The position numbers and the translations under genes are program-made. DNA of 64,000 nt, from the IMG/VR virus record IMGVR_UViG_2061766007_000116. One strand, given 5' to 3'. Position 1 is the stretch's first letter. Each line of letters begins with the position of its first letter. The notes below the pieces were generated by a model that searched no databases, had not been told where the DNA came from, and was given only the letters and a program-made list of their open reading frames with translations. This document shows, piece by piece, positions 9,478 to 18,856 of this stretch. This DNA is from an uncultured virus (IMG/VR IMGVR_UViG_2061766007_000116) (lineage: Duplodnaviria > Heunggongvirae > Uroviricota > Caudoviricetes).

Positions 9478-10451
9478 TGTTTTTCATTCTTTGCATCAAA
9501 GCAGGTATACGCAAAACGCTTGCTGAGAGCTTTGATTTCATCATATTTCGCTAAAGATTCCGTCCAGTTCACGGGTATAGTATTTGCGCCATACCACATG
9601 CCTGCCAGAGCTCCTGCAACGGCAGCGGTAGTATCTGTATCCCGGCCGAGGTTGACCGCCTTGATTACGCAGTCAGCATAGCTCTCCGTGGTAAGGACAC
9701 ACCATACCGCAGCCTGCAAGGTATCAATCACATAGCCGCCACTCTTGATATCGTCCTCAGTCCACGACTGGATGTTAAGCATAGGCTCAAATTCACCATA
9801 CAAGTCCTTATAGTCCGGGTGGTCACGGTAATAGAACAAAGCTGGAATCAATCCACCCATGACGGCATTTGGCAAATAGCCACCCGAGCACATCTGGAAA
9901 ATAATGCTGCAATAGATCCCGCAAGCCATCTCGCAGCGCCTGTTCGCATGGGTACAGTCTGATGCCTTATGGATGATTTCTGCAGTGCGTTTGTCCAGTT
10001 GCCAGTTTCCATACTTACCTTCAAGGTAAAAAGCAAGCGGCATGATGCGCATCAACGAGCCATTCCCGCATGCGTTATCAGAATCGTCACCGCATTCAAG
10101 CGCAGGCTTACCGCGCAGGTGTTTGCTAATCGCACGGTGGGTTGCCCCTCCGATATCGAATACATCCCCACGGGCTGTGTAGTTACCGTTTTCCATCCAG
10201 TCAGCAAAACGGGCCATTTGATCTTCATAGTCAATGCCTTTCTCGATGAGAGAATGGATCATGCACAAGGTCATGCTGGTGTCATCAGACCATGTTCCTG
10301 CAGGCTGGCCGTGANNNNNNNNNNNNNNNNNNNNNNNNNNNNGGCTGGTGAACTCGACAGGGACACCCAAGGCATCGGCGGTTGCGAAGCCGAGTATCGC
10401 GCCTTCTATAAATTTGAAAAAATACTTAGGATCACCGTACATATCAATCAC
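9474..10451 (-). CDS. ADP-ribosylglycohydrolase (DraG/ARH family)
   Basis: DALGVPVEF, WSDDT, GNGSLMR, DTDT metal-binding motifs. Confidence 0.93.
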   Translation of the reverse strand: MIDMYGDPKYFFKFIEGAILGFATADALGVPVEFTSXXXXXXXXXXHGQPAGTWSDDTSMTLCMIHSLIEKGIDYEDQMARFADWMENGNYTARGDVFDIGGATHRAISKHLRGKPALECGDDSDNACGNGSLMRIMPLAFYLEGKYGNWQLDKRTAEIIHKASDCTHANRRCEMACGIYCSIIFQMCSGGYLPNAVMGGLIPALFYYRDHPDYKDLYGEFEPMLNIQSWTEDDIKSGGYVIDTLQAAVWCVLTTESYADCVIKAVNLGRDTDTTAAVAGALAGMWYGANTIPVNWTESLAKYDEIKALSKRFAYTCFDAKNEKQ

Positions 10452-10472
10452 CGCTATAGTTTTATTCCGTCG

Positions 10473-11705
10473 TTACGGACCCATAAAGGAGATGAGGTCA
10501 TAATCCGGGGTGCTTTCCATCATGGCCCGGATTCTCCGGACAAAACGCCTGTAGAAATCAGTGGCAACATGGATGTTATTACGGATCGTGGCTTCTGCTT
10601 CTTTATCAGAAGGACGCTTGCTCCAATTGTCACCTTCCGGGTCAAAGTAGTACCACTTGTAGCGTTCCTTTACCCCATCAAGGTAAGGATCATCGAAATC
10701 ATGCTCCAGCAGGTCTATGCACTCCTCAATATCCTGCAGCATTATCCGCATGGTCTCATAGGAATACACGTTATACTCGAGATTCCACTCAAACCGATTC
10801 CCGCAGTAATCGGGCCTGATTTCCTCATAGGGAAAAGTGTCGTCGAAGTATTTGTTGAGGAAGTAGTACAGGAAGGTAAAAACATCGTCCTCTTCGATGG
10901 ATATTTCTTCTTTCCGGTATTCCTCCATGCCGAAACGTTCCTCTTTGGACGGCTTCACAGGCATAATCCAGAAATAGCTGCTGCTGTCATGCCCCTCGAC
11001 AATCATGATCTGGCGTGTGTTCTGAGCAACTGATTTCACCAGCGAAAATGGCACTGTCGCAGTTTTGTTGCCGAGCTCCATGAAATGGTTTTGCAGCGTG
11101 ACTCCGAACTTGAACCAGCCCTCCCAGCGCTGCCAAACGAAGAAACCGAAGTCTCCTGATCCCCGGTCACACTTCAGCCAGAACTGATAAGTGATGTTAT
11201 TGCGGGTCTCCGGATGTGATGACGATTTGCCCATGCTGGTTGTATTGCGCTTGATCGTCTGTATCCTGTCGATGCGGCGACCGTGGAGGCAACTGAAAAA
11301 CTTATCCGAATCAAAGTTGTGATAATTCGTGCCATCAAGCGTTTCAGGGGAGATCTGATTTACGGACATCAGCAGCCCCTGTGCGTTTTTGGGCATGAAT
11401 TCAAAGGTCGTTCCATCTGTGAAGACTATTACGACAGGATCACAGATTTCGACTTCATGCGGGACCAAAGCTGTATCGACCGGATATTTCCCGCTGTCAA
11501 TGTCCTCGTAGGGTACACCAGCCTCTGCAAGGATGCTCCGCATGTTGTGAAAAGCGCTTCCCGGACTCATATTATCAGCAATGCCGATTACATGAACCGC
11601 AGCGATCTCTTTTCCCTTTACCCCAAAAGAATCAAGCGCAGCGTCCATTTCTTCCGGGGTTTTATAAAAACCGGGATTCCAATTGTGCCAATCAAAATAA
11701 TCCAT
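10473..11705 (-). CDS. Hypothetical protein, first gene of the ARH-kinase-Thg1 operon
   Basis: 410-aa ORF with GGAGG RBS and TTGAGA-N17-TATAAT promoter at ~11763-11791. Confidence 0.75.
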   Translation of the reverse strand: MDYFDWHNWNPGFYKTPEEMDAALDSFGVKGKEIAAVHVIGIADNMSPGSAFHNMRSILAEAGVPYEDIDSGKYPVDTALVPHEVEICDPVVIVFTDGTTFEFMPKNAQGLLMSVNQISPETLDGTNYHNFDSDKFFSCLHGRRIDRIQTIKRNTTSMGKSSSHPETRNNITYQFWLKCDRGSGDFGFFVWQRWEGWFKFGVTLQNHFMELGNKTATVPFSLVKSVAQNTRQIMIVEGHDSSSYFWIMPVKPSKEERFGMEEYRKEEISIEEDDVFTFLYYFLNKYFDDTFPYEEIRPDYCGNRFEWNLEYNVYSYETMRIMLQDIEECIDLLEHDFDDPYLDGVKERYKWYYFDPEGDNWSKRPSDKEAEATIRNNIHVATDFYRRFVRRIRAMMESTPDYDLISFMGP

Positions 11706-11797
11706 GACCTGCGCCTCCTCCCATCAATGAAAAGCGTTGGAAAACCTGAAGTTTAGTATTGTATTATAGCATTTCCGCTATGCCTTCTCAAGAAAAA

Positions 11798-11822
11798 ACC
11801 CACAAGCAAAACGCTTGTGGGT
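11798..11822 (-). terminator. CCCACA-type hairpin terminator (member 3 of 3)
   Basis: ACCCACAAGC-N5-GCTTGTGGGT followed by a T tract on the minus strand. Confidence 0.75.
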
Positions 11823-11914
11823 CGCATTTGTGTAGGTGTAATGAAGCCCATATCCAGCGCCTTGAATGGAGGATAACCAGAATCAAGGCGAAAGGGCCGT
11901 ATCAAAGTTGACGA

Positions 11915-12079
11915 TCAACCGATGATAGCCTTATCCTCCGAAAGGCGCTCGATGATCTCATAGACCTCACCTGTAGTGCAATTCTGGAACACATTATGGT
12001 CATCGTCCCATACAAGACGGGTGCCGTTTTCCATCAGCCAAAATGCTCCGGCACGTGTTGCTTCATAACGTTCTTTCAT
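11915..12079 (-). CDS. Small hypothetical protein (54 aa, not in the ORF track)
   Basis: AGGAG RBS then MKERYEATRAGAFWLMENG...KAIIG*. Confidence 0.55.
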   Translation of the reverse strand: MKERYEATRAGAFWLMENGTRLVWDDDHNVFQNCTTGEVYEIIERLSEDKAIIG

Positions 12080-12081
12080 AG

Positions 12082-12405
12082 TCACAGCTCCTTTTTATCA
12101 AGCCACATAAAAAAATCTGATTCACCGATCTTTTCAGTTCGCGCCTCAATGAAATCAGGGCGTTTTTCCATTCTCATGTAGAAATAAGCAATTTCCTCCG
12201 GTGTGGCATCATTTGGCTCTCCTTCGCCATAAACGAAGGTCTCGATGCAGACCGTGATTTGCTCGTTTTCTTCCAAATCTTCTGTAAAAGACCGGAAAGC
12301 GGTCCATCCGTTAAGATCTGCCTGAGACTGAGGGACCCCGCCAACAAGGAAAATGCTGGCTTTGTTTCTGGTCATTGCATTTACGCGGGAAAAACGAAGG
12401 CTCAT
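12082..12405 (-). CDS. Hypothetical protein
   Basis: GAGG RBS and upstream TATAAT. Confidence 0.65.
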   Translation of the reverse strand: MSLRFSRVNAMTRNKASIFLVGGVPQSQADLNGWTAFRSFTEDLEENEQITVCIETFVYGEGEPNDATPEEIAYFYMRMEKRPDFIEARTEKIGESDFFMWLDKKEL

Positions 12406-12466
12406 AAAAACACCTCTTTCGTATTATAACTCAGGATGCCCAAATTGTACACCCTTGAAATGCGCT

Positions 12467-14053
12467 TCAAACCTGTACTTCCTTGCCATTCTGGAACTTG
12501 AAGGTCAGGCTCCCGTCCCGGTGGACCGTCACGCGGTCGATCACATCCAGCCAGAGCCTGTCATCGAAATGCTCCAGCGGCTGGTCAAGCTCCCGCAGCC
12601 TGAACATGAATCCCCCGATAGCGTCAGCTTTTGCCATGCGCTCGGACCGTTTCTTCTCCAGCTCGGCAATCCGGCGCTGCGCCCGGTCGTACCGTTCCAC
12701 CAGCCCGTTGTACCGGGCATTGTATTCATCTTGATCCTGCGCCGTGGTGCTGTTTTCATCGACGCACAGTTTGATCAGCCCGGCCACCACTTCCAGCTCT
12801 TGGAGCAGTTCCTGCGTCTCCCGGTCGATCTCGGAGCAATCGGTGAACAGTGCCTGCATCAGCCTGCAATCTTCGATCAGGCGTTCCCGATCAGGGAGGA
12901 GATGGTTAAAGGCTTCGAGGAAGCTGTCCTTGATGGTTTCTTCCGAAAGGTGCGGGGTGCCGCATTTGCATTCGCCCTTGAACTTGTTATTGCACTGCCA
13001 GATCACCCGGCGATACTTGCTGGTGCTGTTCCAGACCTTTGAGCCAAGGTAGTGGCCGCAATCCCCGCAGACCAGCCGGGAGGAGAATATGCTTTTCCCG
13101 CTGTAGCTCCGGCCCAGCGCTTTTCTCCGGGCCATCTCTTCCTGTACCCGCTGGAAAAGGAGCGGGTCAATGATTGCCGGATGGCTGTTTTCCACATAGT
13201 ATTGCGGGACTTCGCCCTCGTTGACCTTCATTTTCTTCTTCAGGAAATCTACGGTGAACTTCTTTTGCAACCGGGCGTCTCCCTTATATTTCTCGTTGGT
13301 CAGGATACTCTCAACAGTCCTGTCGCCCCATAGGGTTTTCCCAGCAGGCGTTGGGATGCCTTCTGCAGTGAGCTGTTTGGCGATGGCCGTCGTGGTCTTG
13401 CCGCTCATGAATAGATCGTAGATGTAGCGGACCGTTTCTGCCTGCTCCGGCACGATCTGCGGGAGGCCGTCCGGTCCTTTTTCATAACCGAGGAAGTGTT
13501 TATACGGCATGGATACCTTGCCGTCTGCAAAGCGTTTCCGCTGGCCCCACGTGACGTTTTCCGAAATGCTGCGGCTCTCTTCCTGCGCCAGTGAGCTCAT
13601 GATGGTGAGCAGGAGCTCACCCTTTCCATCGAAGGTCCAGATGTTTTCCTTCTCGAAATAGACCTCGCAGCCGACGTCCTTGAGTTTGCGGATGGTGGTC
13701 AGGCTGTCCACGGTGTTCCGGGCGAAGCGGCTGACCGACTTCGTGACAATCAGGTCAATCTTCCCGGCAAGAGCGTCCTCGACCATCTCGTTAAAGCTGC
13801 TGCGCTTTTTGGTGCTCAAGCCGGAGATCCCATCGTCGGGATAGACCTTTACGAACTCCCAATCAGCGTGGGCCTTGATGTATTGCGTGTAGTAATCGAT
13901 CTGCGCATCATAGCTGGTGGCCTGCTCTTCACTATCCGTCGATACCCGCGCATACGCTGCAACCCGGCGCTTCTTCTCGGAAACAAGCGACTGCCGCGTC
14001 AGCGGATTGATCGTCGGCGGGATCATGGTCACCGACCGTACTGCTGTTGCCAT
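12467..14053 (-). CDS. Large serine recombinase (resolvase, recombinase and zinc-ribbon domains)
   Basis: AYARVST catalytic Ser, TKSVSRFARN, CGDCG...CNNK zinc ribbon. Confidence 0.95.
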   Translation of the reverse strand: MATAVRSVTMIPPTINPLTRQSLVSEKKRRVAAYARVSTDSEEQATSYDAQIDYYTQYIKAHADWEFVKVYPDDGISGLSTKKRSSFNEMVEDALAGKIDLIVTKSVSRFARNTVDSLTTIRKLKDVGCEVYFEKENIWTFDGKGELLLTIMSSLAQEESRSISENVTWGQRKRFADGKVSMPYKHFLGYEKGPDGLPQIVPEQAETVRYIYDLFMSGKTTTAIAKQLTAEGIPTPAGKTLWGDRTVESILTNEKYKGDARLQKKFTVDFLKKKMKVNEGEVPQYYVENSHPAIIDPLLFQRVQEEMARRKALGRSYSGKSIFSSRLVCGDCGHYLGSKVWNSTSKYRRVIWQCNNKFKGECKCGTPHLSEETIKDSFLEAFNHLLPDRERLIEDCRLMQALFTDCSEIDRETQELLQELEVVAGLIKLCVDENSTTAQDQDEYNARYNGLVERYDRAQRRIAELEKKRSERMAKADAIGGFMFRLRELDQPLEHFDDRLWLDVIDRVTVHRDGSLTFKFQNGKEVQV

Positions 14054-15363
14054 TATGATTTCCTCCTCTGCTTTCTCGCTCGTTCCGCTGCTGCTGCCTT
14101 CATTTCAGGCGTCCAGCTCCGGGAACGCGATACCGCTTTCCATTCTATTTCGGTGCTGTGCCCGTCCCGGAAACGGAAGCTCAGGACATGGTCCGGTCTG
14201 GACACCACCGAAAGGAGGCGGTTGCGGAAAACACACTCGTCAAAACCGTCAATCCCCAAAGCATCAGCCGCCGCCTTTTTTAGGACATCTTCCCGGATTT
14301 GAAGGCCGGGGCAGGCTGCTTTTCCTTCCGTCAGGCAGGTAGTGCAATTCCATGCGGGGCGGCTATGGTTTTTAATCCGTTTATACGTCCGACCGCATTG
14401 GGAGCAAACGATGATCCCGGTAAAGGCGCTGCGGGTAGGCTGTGACCGCTTGGCGGTAATAGCAGCGATTTCTTCAAGCCGTGCTTTTGCCGTTGCGAAA
14501 GTCTCTGCGTCAATAATCGCGGGATGCGTCCCTTCTGCGTAGAACATGGGGAGCTCCCCGCGATTTACCGTTTTCTTCTTTTCGATATGGTTGTTGTTGA
14601 AGTGCTTCCAGAGCAGCGCGTTTCCTGTGTACTTCTCGTTTGAAAGAATGCAGCGCACTTGCTGCGGCCTCCATTTCCCATTGAACACACCCGTGATGCC
14701 AGCGGCGTTCAGATGGGAGGCGATGGAATTCATGCTCTCCCCGCCGAGGAAGCGCCTGAAAATGTCCCTAACAATCTCAGCTTCCTCCGGATTAACTGTG
14801 ATTCCGGTTTTGTCAATGCTGTATCCCAGCATAAACCGCCAGTTGAGGAGCTCGCCCTGTTCAAAGCCCTTCCTGACCCGCCATTTCTGGTTCTCACTGG
14901 CCGAGCGGCTTTCTTCCTGCGCGTAGGAAGAGAGGATCGAAAGCATTAGCTCGCCGTCCACGCTCATGGTGTGTATGTTCTGCTCCTCGAAGAAAACGTC
15001 CACACCCAGCTCTTTTAGCTCACGGACCGACTCCAGCAGCGTTACCGTGTTCCGGGCAAAGCGGGAGATGCTCTTGGTAATAACCATGTCGATTTCCCCA
15101 CGGCGGCAGGCTTCGAGCATTTGCTGGAATCTGTCCCGGTTGCCCTTCGTGCCTGTCAGCGCCTCGTCCGCGTAAACCCCGCAGTATAGCCAGCCGGGGT
15201 GCTTCTGGATCAGGCTGCTGTAATAGCTTACCTGAGCTGAGAGCGAGTGGAGCATGGCGTCTTTGCCCGTGGACACTCTGGCATAGGCCGCGACCCGCTT
15301 TACATCAATGCGCCGGGGTGCCAGAAAATCAACCTTTTTAACCGTCCGTTCCATGCGTTCCAC
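14053..15363 (-). CDS. Second large serine recombinase
   Basis: AYARVST, TKSISRFARN, CSQCG zinc ribbon. Confidence 0.95.
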   Translation of the reverse strand: MERMERTVKKVDFLAPRRIDVKRVAAYARVSTGKDAMLHSLSAQVSYYSSLIQKHPGWLYCGVYADEALTGTKGNRDRFQQMLEACRRGEIDMVITKSISRFARNTVTLLESVRELKELGVDVFFEEQNIHTMSVDGELMLSILSSYAQEESRSASENQKWRVRKGFEQGELLNWRFMLGYSIDKTGITVNPEEAEIVRDIFRRFLGGESMNSIASHLNAAGITGVFNGKWRPQQVRCILSNEKYTGNALLWKHFNNNHIEKKKTVNRGELPMFYAEGTHPAIIDAETFATAKARLEEIAAITAKRSQPTRSAFTGIIVCSQCGRTYKRIKNHSRPAWNCTTCLTEGKAACPGLQIREDVLKKAAADALGIDGFDECVFRNRLLSVVSRPDHVLSFRFRDGHSTEIEWKAVSRSRSWTPEMKAAAAERARKQRRKS

Positions 15364-15577
15364 CTCCTTCGGTGTGTCGCATATTACCTCTAAAACCCGC
15401 TTCTATCAACGGTTTTCGGCACCATATACTACCCAAAGATAAGCCGTATTTATTGGCGATTATTCTATCAATTTTACCGTAGTCTTTTGCCGTGATAATG
15501 CCGTCAGCCAGCATACCCTCGGCAAGCGACATCGCCGTCCTATAAGAGACAAGGTGGTCCATGAAGTCAGCATCCAT
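15338..15577 (-). CDS. Small SHOCT-like recombinase-associated protein
   Basis: MDADFMDHLVSY...MLADGIITAKDY, overlaps both neighbours. Confidence 0.7.
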   Translation of the reverse strand: MDADFMDHLVSYRTAMSLAEGMLADGIITAKDYGKIDRIIANKYGLSLGSIWCRKPLIEAGFRGNMRHTEGGGTHGTDG

Positions 15578-15974
15578 CAGCAGCACCGCCTTTCCGTCTG
15601 GCACTGGCGGCACACTCGCGGGAGCAGTATTTGCGATTGGGGTTGCCGCAGCTCTGGAATTCCCGGCCACAATACGGACAGGTAAAGCTGTATATAGCGC
15701 GATGCCTGATTTCATCCCGGTGGCTGTTCCAAAACCGCATGCGGCACCCGTCTGAACAGAACTGGCGCGGCTTCGCCATCGGAATCCGCTTGATGGGCTT
15801 GCCGCAGCCCCGGCAGAAAGCCTGCGGTTCCTCCGGGACAACAGCATCCACCTTGTGCCTCCTGCAGTATGCTTTCACCGTATTAAGGGGCAGGCCCGTC
15901 ACGGCGGATATTTTCTTATACCCCAGCCCGTTGGCCTGCAAGTCATTTACAATTCTGAGTTCATCCGCAGTCAT
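15567..15974 (-). CDS. HTH plus zinc-finger protein heading the recombinase operon
   Basis: GLGYKKISAVTGLPLNTVKAYCRR HTH, CRGCG/FCSDGC/CPYCG/YCSREC. Confidence 0.8.
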   Translation of the reverse strand: MTADELRIVNDLQANGLGYKKISAVTGLPLNTVKAYCRRHKVDAVVPEEPQAFCRGCGKPIKRIPMAKPRQFCSDGCRMRFWNSHRDEIRHRAIYSFTCPYCGREFQSCGNPNRKYCSRECAASARRKGGAADGC

Positions 15975-16005
15975 GAATCACACCTCAAAAGCTGTTTTTT
16001 CATGA

Positions 16006-16037
16006 TACGGAGAAAAATTGGCCGTCTTGACCACCCT
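16006..16037 (-). promoter_or_regulatory. Putative phage-sigma promoter for the recombinase operon
   Basis: 27/32 identical to 58715-58746. Confidence 0.6.
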
Positions 16038-16117
16038 GACAAACCCACTTCCTGCATTTTAGGTAAAAAAATATGCCCTCCGAGAACGAATCCCGGAGGG
16101 CAGTAATGCAAACAGTA

Positions 16118-17072
16118 TCAGATTACGGTTGCGTAGTCGAGGCTGATCCAGCCAGCCCCGGATTTCAGACGGCCCCAGCCAGCCGTGGAGCCTTCGCCGT
16201 TCTGTACGGCCACGATGGTGAATACGCCTTTCCCGGTGAAGCGCCCGGTGCAGCCGTAGTTGGTGCCGGGACCTTTGCGGATATTCAGGTCGGTTACCTT
16301 TACCCATACCCGGAAAGGAACAGCCGGGGCCTCCGGCTTCTGCTCTGTCGGGTAGACCACATTGCCATCAGCATCAAAAACGAAATAACCCGGATTGGCA
16401 TCTGCTTTGATCTTGGCATTGGCCAGCACCTTATAGGCCCCGATCTGAGATTTGGCATCGGCCCAAGACTTGCGGACCCGGTAGATCTGAGCTTTCGGCT
16501 GCTCCGGNNNNNNNNNNNNNNNNNNNNNNNNNNNCCAAAGCGGTAGTGACCTTTGCAGCCAGATCACCGAGCCGGGAATACAGCCATTCGCCGGGGCAGG
16601 ACTTGTTGGCAAACCATCGATGGACCGTGATGACCATCTCATCAGCGGCAGGGGTGTACGCGAGGGTCTTGTCCTTATCCCCAAACCACAGGAGCTTTGT
16701 CTTTCCATTCCTGCGGCAGATGTCCGTGCAGAGCTTAATGAGCGTAGCATAGACCTCGCTGTTCATCGTATAGGGCTCTTTGGTATCGCTGGCGCACTCG
16801 ATGGTAACGGCCCTCTGGTCATTGGCATTGGAGGAGGTGCACCACGAACGGTTTTTCTCCTCCACATACAGGCCCACGCGCCCGTTGCGGTCAATGCCAT
16901 AGTTGGAAGAAGCCTGCGTGGAGGACTTGGCAAACCAGTCGCCAAGCCCCTCCGCAGTACACTGGCCCACGACACAATGGGGCGAGATGCGGTCGATGGC
17001 GTGGGTGCGCTGGCCGGAGTGATTCGGGCTCAGGCGCGTGTAATCGACCATGCCGCTGTTCGTGAAAGCCAT
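16118..17072 (-). CDS. Endolysin: N-acetylmuramoyl-L-alanine amidase with SH3-like cell-wall-binding domain (frame broken by N gap)
   Basis: ISPHCVVG, HRWFANKSCPG, LNIRKGPGTNY...GWISL. Confidence 0.9.
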
Positions 17073-17488
17073 TACTCGCCGCCTTCTTTCTCAGAACGGT
17101 CGTGGAGCTGTTCGAGCACAGCTTTCAGCTTCGCGGGAATGGGCAGGCCGAGGTGCGCGGCGTTTTCCACAAGGGACACGCCCTCATTGGACAGATAGAA
17201 GAAGATGACGGCAGTACGCAACACTCCAGCCGCGCCGAGGATCTGCAGGTCCATCAGGTGGCCGATACCGACCAGCACAAAAATCAGGACCTTTTTGAAG
17301 ATACCCTTGAAGCCGATCTCCGAGGACAGCTTCTTGTCCACAATGGCGCACATGATCCCTGTGAGGTAGTCCAGAACTACGAAGGCCAGCAGCGTATACA
17401 GCAGGCCGTCGCAGCCGCCAAGGAAGTAGCCGAGCCAGCCGCCCACGGCAGTGAAGATGAGCTGGATGGTGTTCCAAAATTCTTTCAT
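17072..17488 (-). CDS. Holin (toxin secretion/phage lysis family)
   Basis: DYLTG...LSSEIGFKGIFKK...NEGVSLVENA, adjacent to the endolysin. Confidence 0.9.
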   Translation of the reverse strand: MKEFWNTIQLIFTAVGGWLGYFLGGCDGLLYTLLAFVVLDYLTGIMCAIVDKKLSSEIGFKGIFKKVLIFVLVGIGHLMDLQILGAAGVLRTAVIFFYLSNEGVSLVENAAHLGLPIPAKLKAVLEQLHDRSEKEGGE

Positions 17489-17539
17489 GATGTTTTTCCT
17501 CCTCATAAAAATAGAGCCGCAGCAGCGACTCTTTCAGAT

Positions 17540-18087
17540 TTATTCATTCCCACGGATCAGATCCTTGAGGCAGAATACATAGGTTTTCAGGTTTGCAGTT
17601 CCGGCGTTATCCTTCGAGATTGTGATGAAGCCGTCAGCATCCGGGGTGAATGTGACGGAGGCATACTGTGATGGGTTGTTGGCGTTGAGAATGTTTCTGC
17701 CAGTGACCCGCTCCTCTGCTACAGACGTATCCTCAGAAGAGAACATGGATCTGAAACGCGATCCAACCACACCTCCCAGAGAAATGAGATACGTCTCACG
17801 GGCAATTACCCGGTAAACATCGGAATAGCAGACCGTGTCACTGCCAACTACCCAAGCGCCGCTTGCAACGTACCCGCCTGAGAGGTCAAAGAAATGCGGC
17901 AAAAGCAGTCCGGCATGGATATCGGCGGTGACCCCCGAGAAGCCGTCAGCCCNNNNNNNNNNNNNNNNNNNNNNTCCGTTATGGTTATTGGCTTGAAAAT
18001 AGGTACAGGCCCATCCCTCGGCGTAACTGAGAGCTTGCAGATCAGGCTGTGGTTTACGATGAGCAGCCCCGTGAGCTTCCCGTCCAT
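17540..18087 (-). CDS. Putative tail-associated protein (frame broken by N gap)
   Basis: ORF halves on either side of the gap, position in the tail module. Confidence 0.55.
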
Positions 18088-18428
18088 CAGTCCACCTCCT
18101 CGGTCACGGTGAACTTTGCCCGGTCGATGAAAGTGCAGACCGTACCATCCTCCATCGTGATCTGGACATCATAGACATAGGAAGGGCCTCCAGCCCGGAG
18201 CTGCTTCGTTTCATCCGATTCCAGCCGCAGATTCATCCGGTCATGCGGTATTTCTTTGCTGATCAGCGGCTCGGCGTCCGTGTATCTCTGTTTGAGGGCG
18301 AAGCGGATAACGTCTCCTTCGCGGACCGTATACGGGGTTCCATCGGGATAGAGGATCTCGATAGTAATGTCCAGCGTGTCCCCGTGTGTGACAGAAATGC
18401 TTGTCCCATCTATGGTTACCATAGCCAT
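18087..18428 (-). CDS. BppU-like baseplate/tail protein
   Basis: VTHGDT...YVYDVQI...FTVTEEV pattern. Confidence 0.6.
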   Translation of the reverse strand: MAMVTIDGTSISVTHGDTLDITIEILYPDGTPYTVREGDVIRFALKQRYTDAEPLISKEIPHDRMNLRLESDETKQLRAGGPSYVYDVQITMEDGTVCTFIDRAKFTVTEEVD

Positions 18429-18435
18429 AACCTCC

Positions 18436-18846
18436 TTAGAACAAGCCGCTGATCGTCATCGGGATGCGGGAAGAATCAAATGTGTCGACCCAATCAGGGC
18501 GTTCGGGCGGGGTCATGGTTTCCGTTACCTTAAGCCATGCGATATACCACGACCGCAGCTCCCGCCACTGAGAGAGTGTCAGGGTCGAATACCAAATCCA
18601 GCCCCGGTTGACGACGGAGAAGCATTCCTTTTCCCGGCGCTCACGGAGAGAAGCACGGTCCTGCTCCAGACGATCAGAATCCTCTTTCTCCGTGTCATGC
18701 ACCAGCTTCCCGCCAGCGGCTTTGAAGCAAAAACAATTGTCCAGAAACGCATCAAAATCTTCCGGGGGATCAAATTCCTCACCGCCATTATCACCGACCA
18801 TGCACCAGCCGTTGACATAGCCGTTTTCATCAAAAGTTACTTTCAT
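18436..18846 (-). CDS. Putative tail fibre assembly/chaperone protein
   Basis: Follows the tail fibre gene, C-terminal WLKVT...PERPDW. Confidence 0.55.
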   Translation of the reverse strand: MKVTFDENGYVNGWCMVGDNGGEEFDPPEDFDAFLDNCFCFKAAGGKLVHDTEKEDSDRLEQDRASLRERREKECFSVVNRGWIWYSTLTLSQWRELRSWYIAWLKVTETMTPPERPDWVDTFDSSRIPMTISGLF

Positions 18847-18856
18847 ATGGGTCTCC

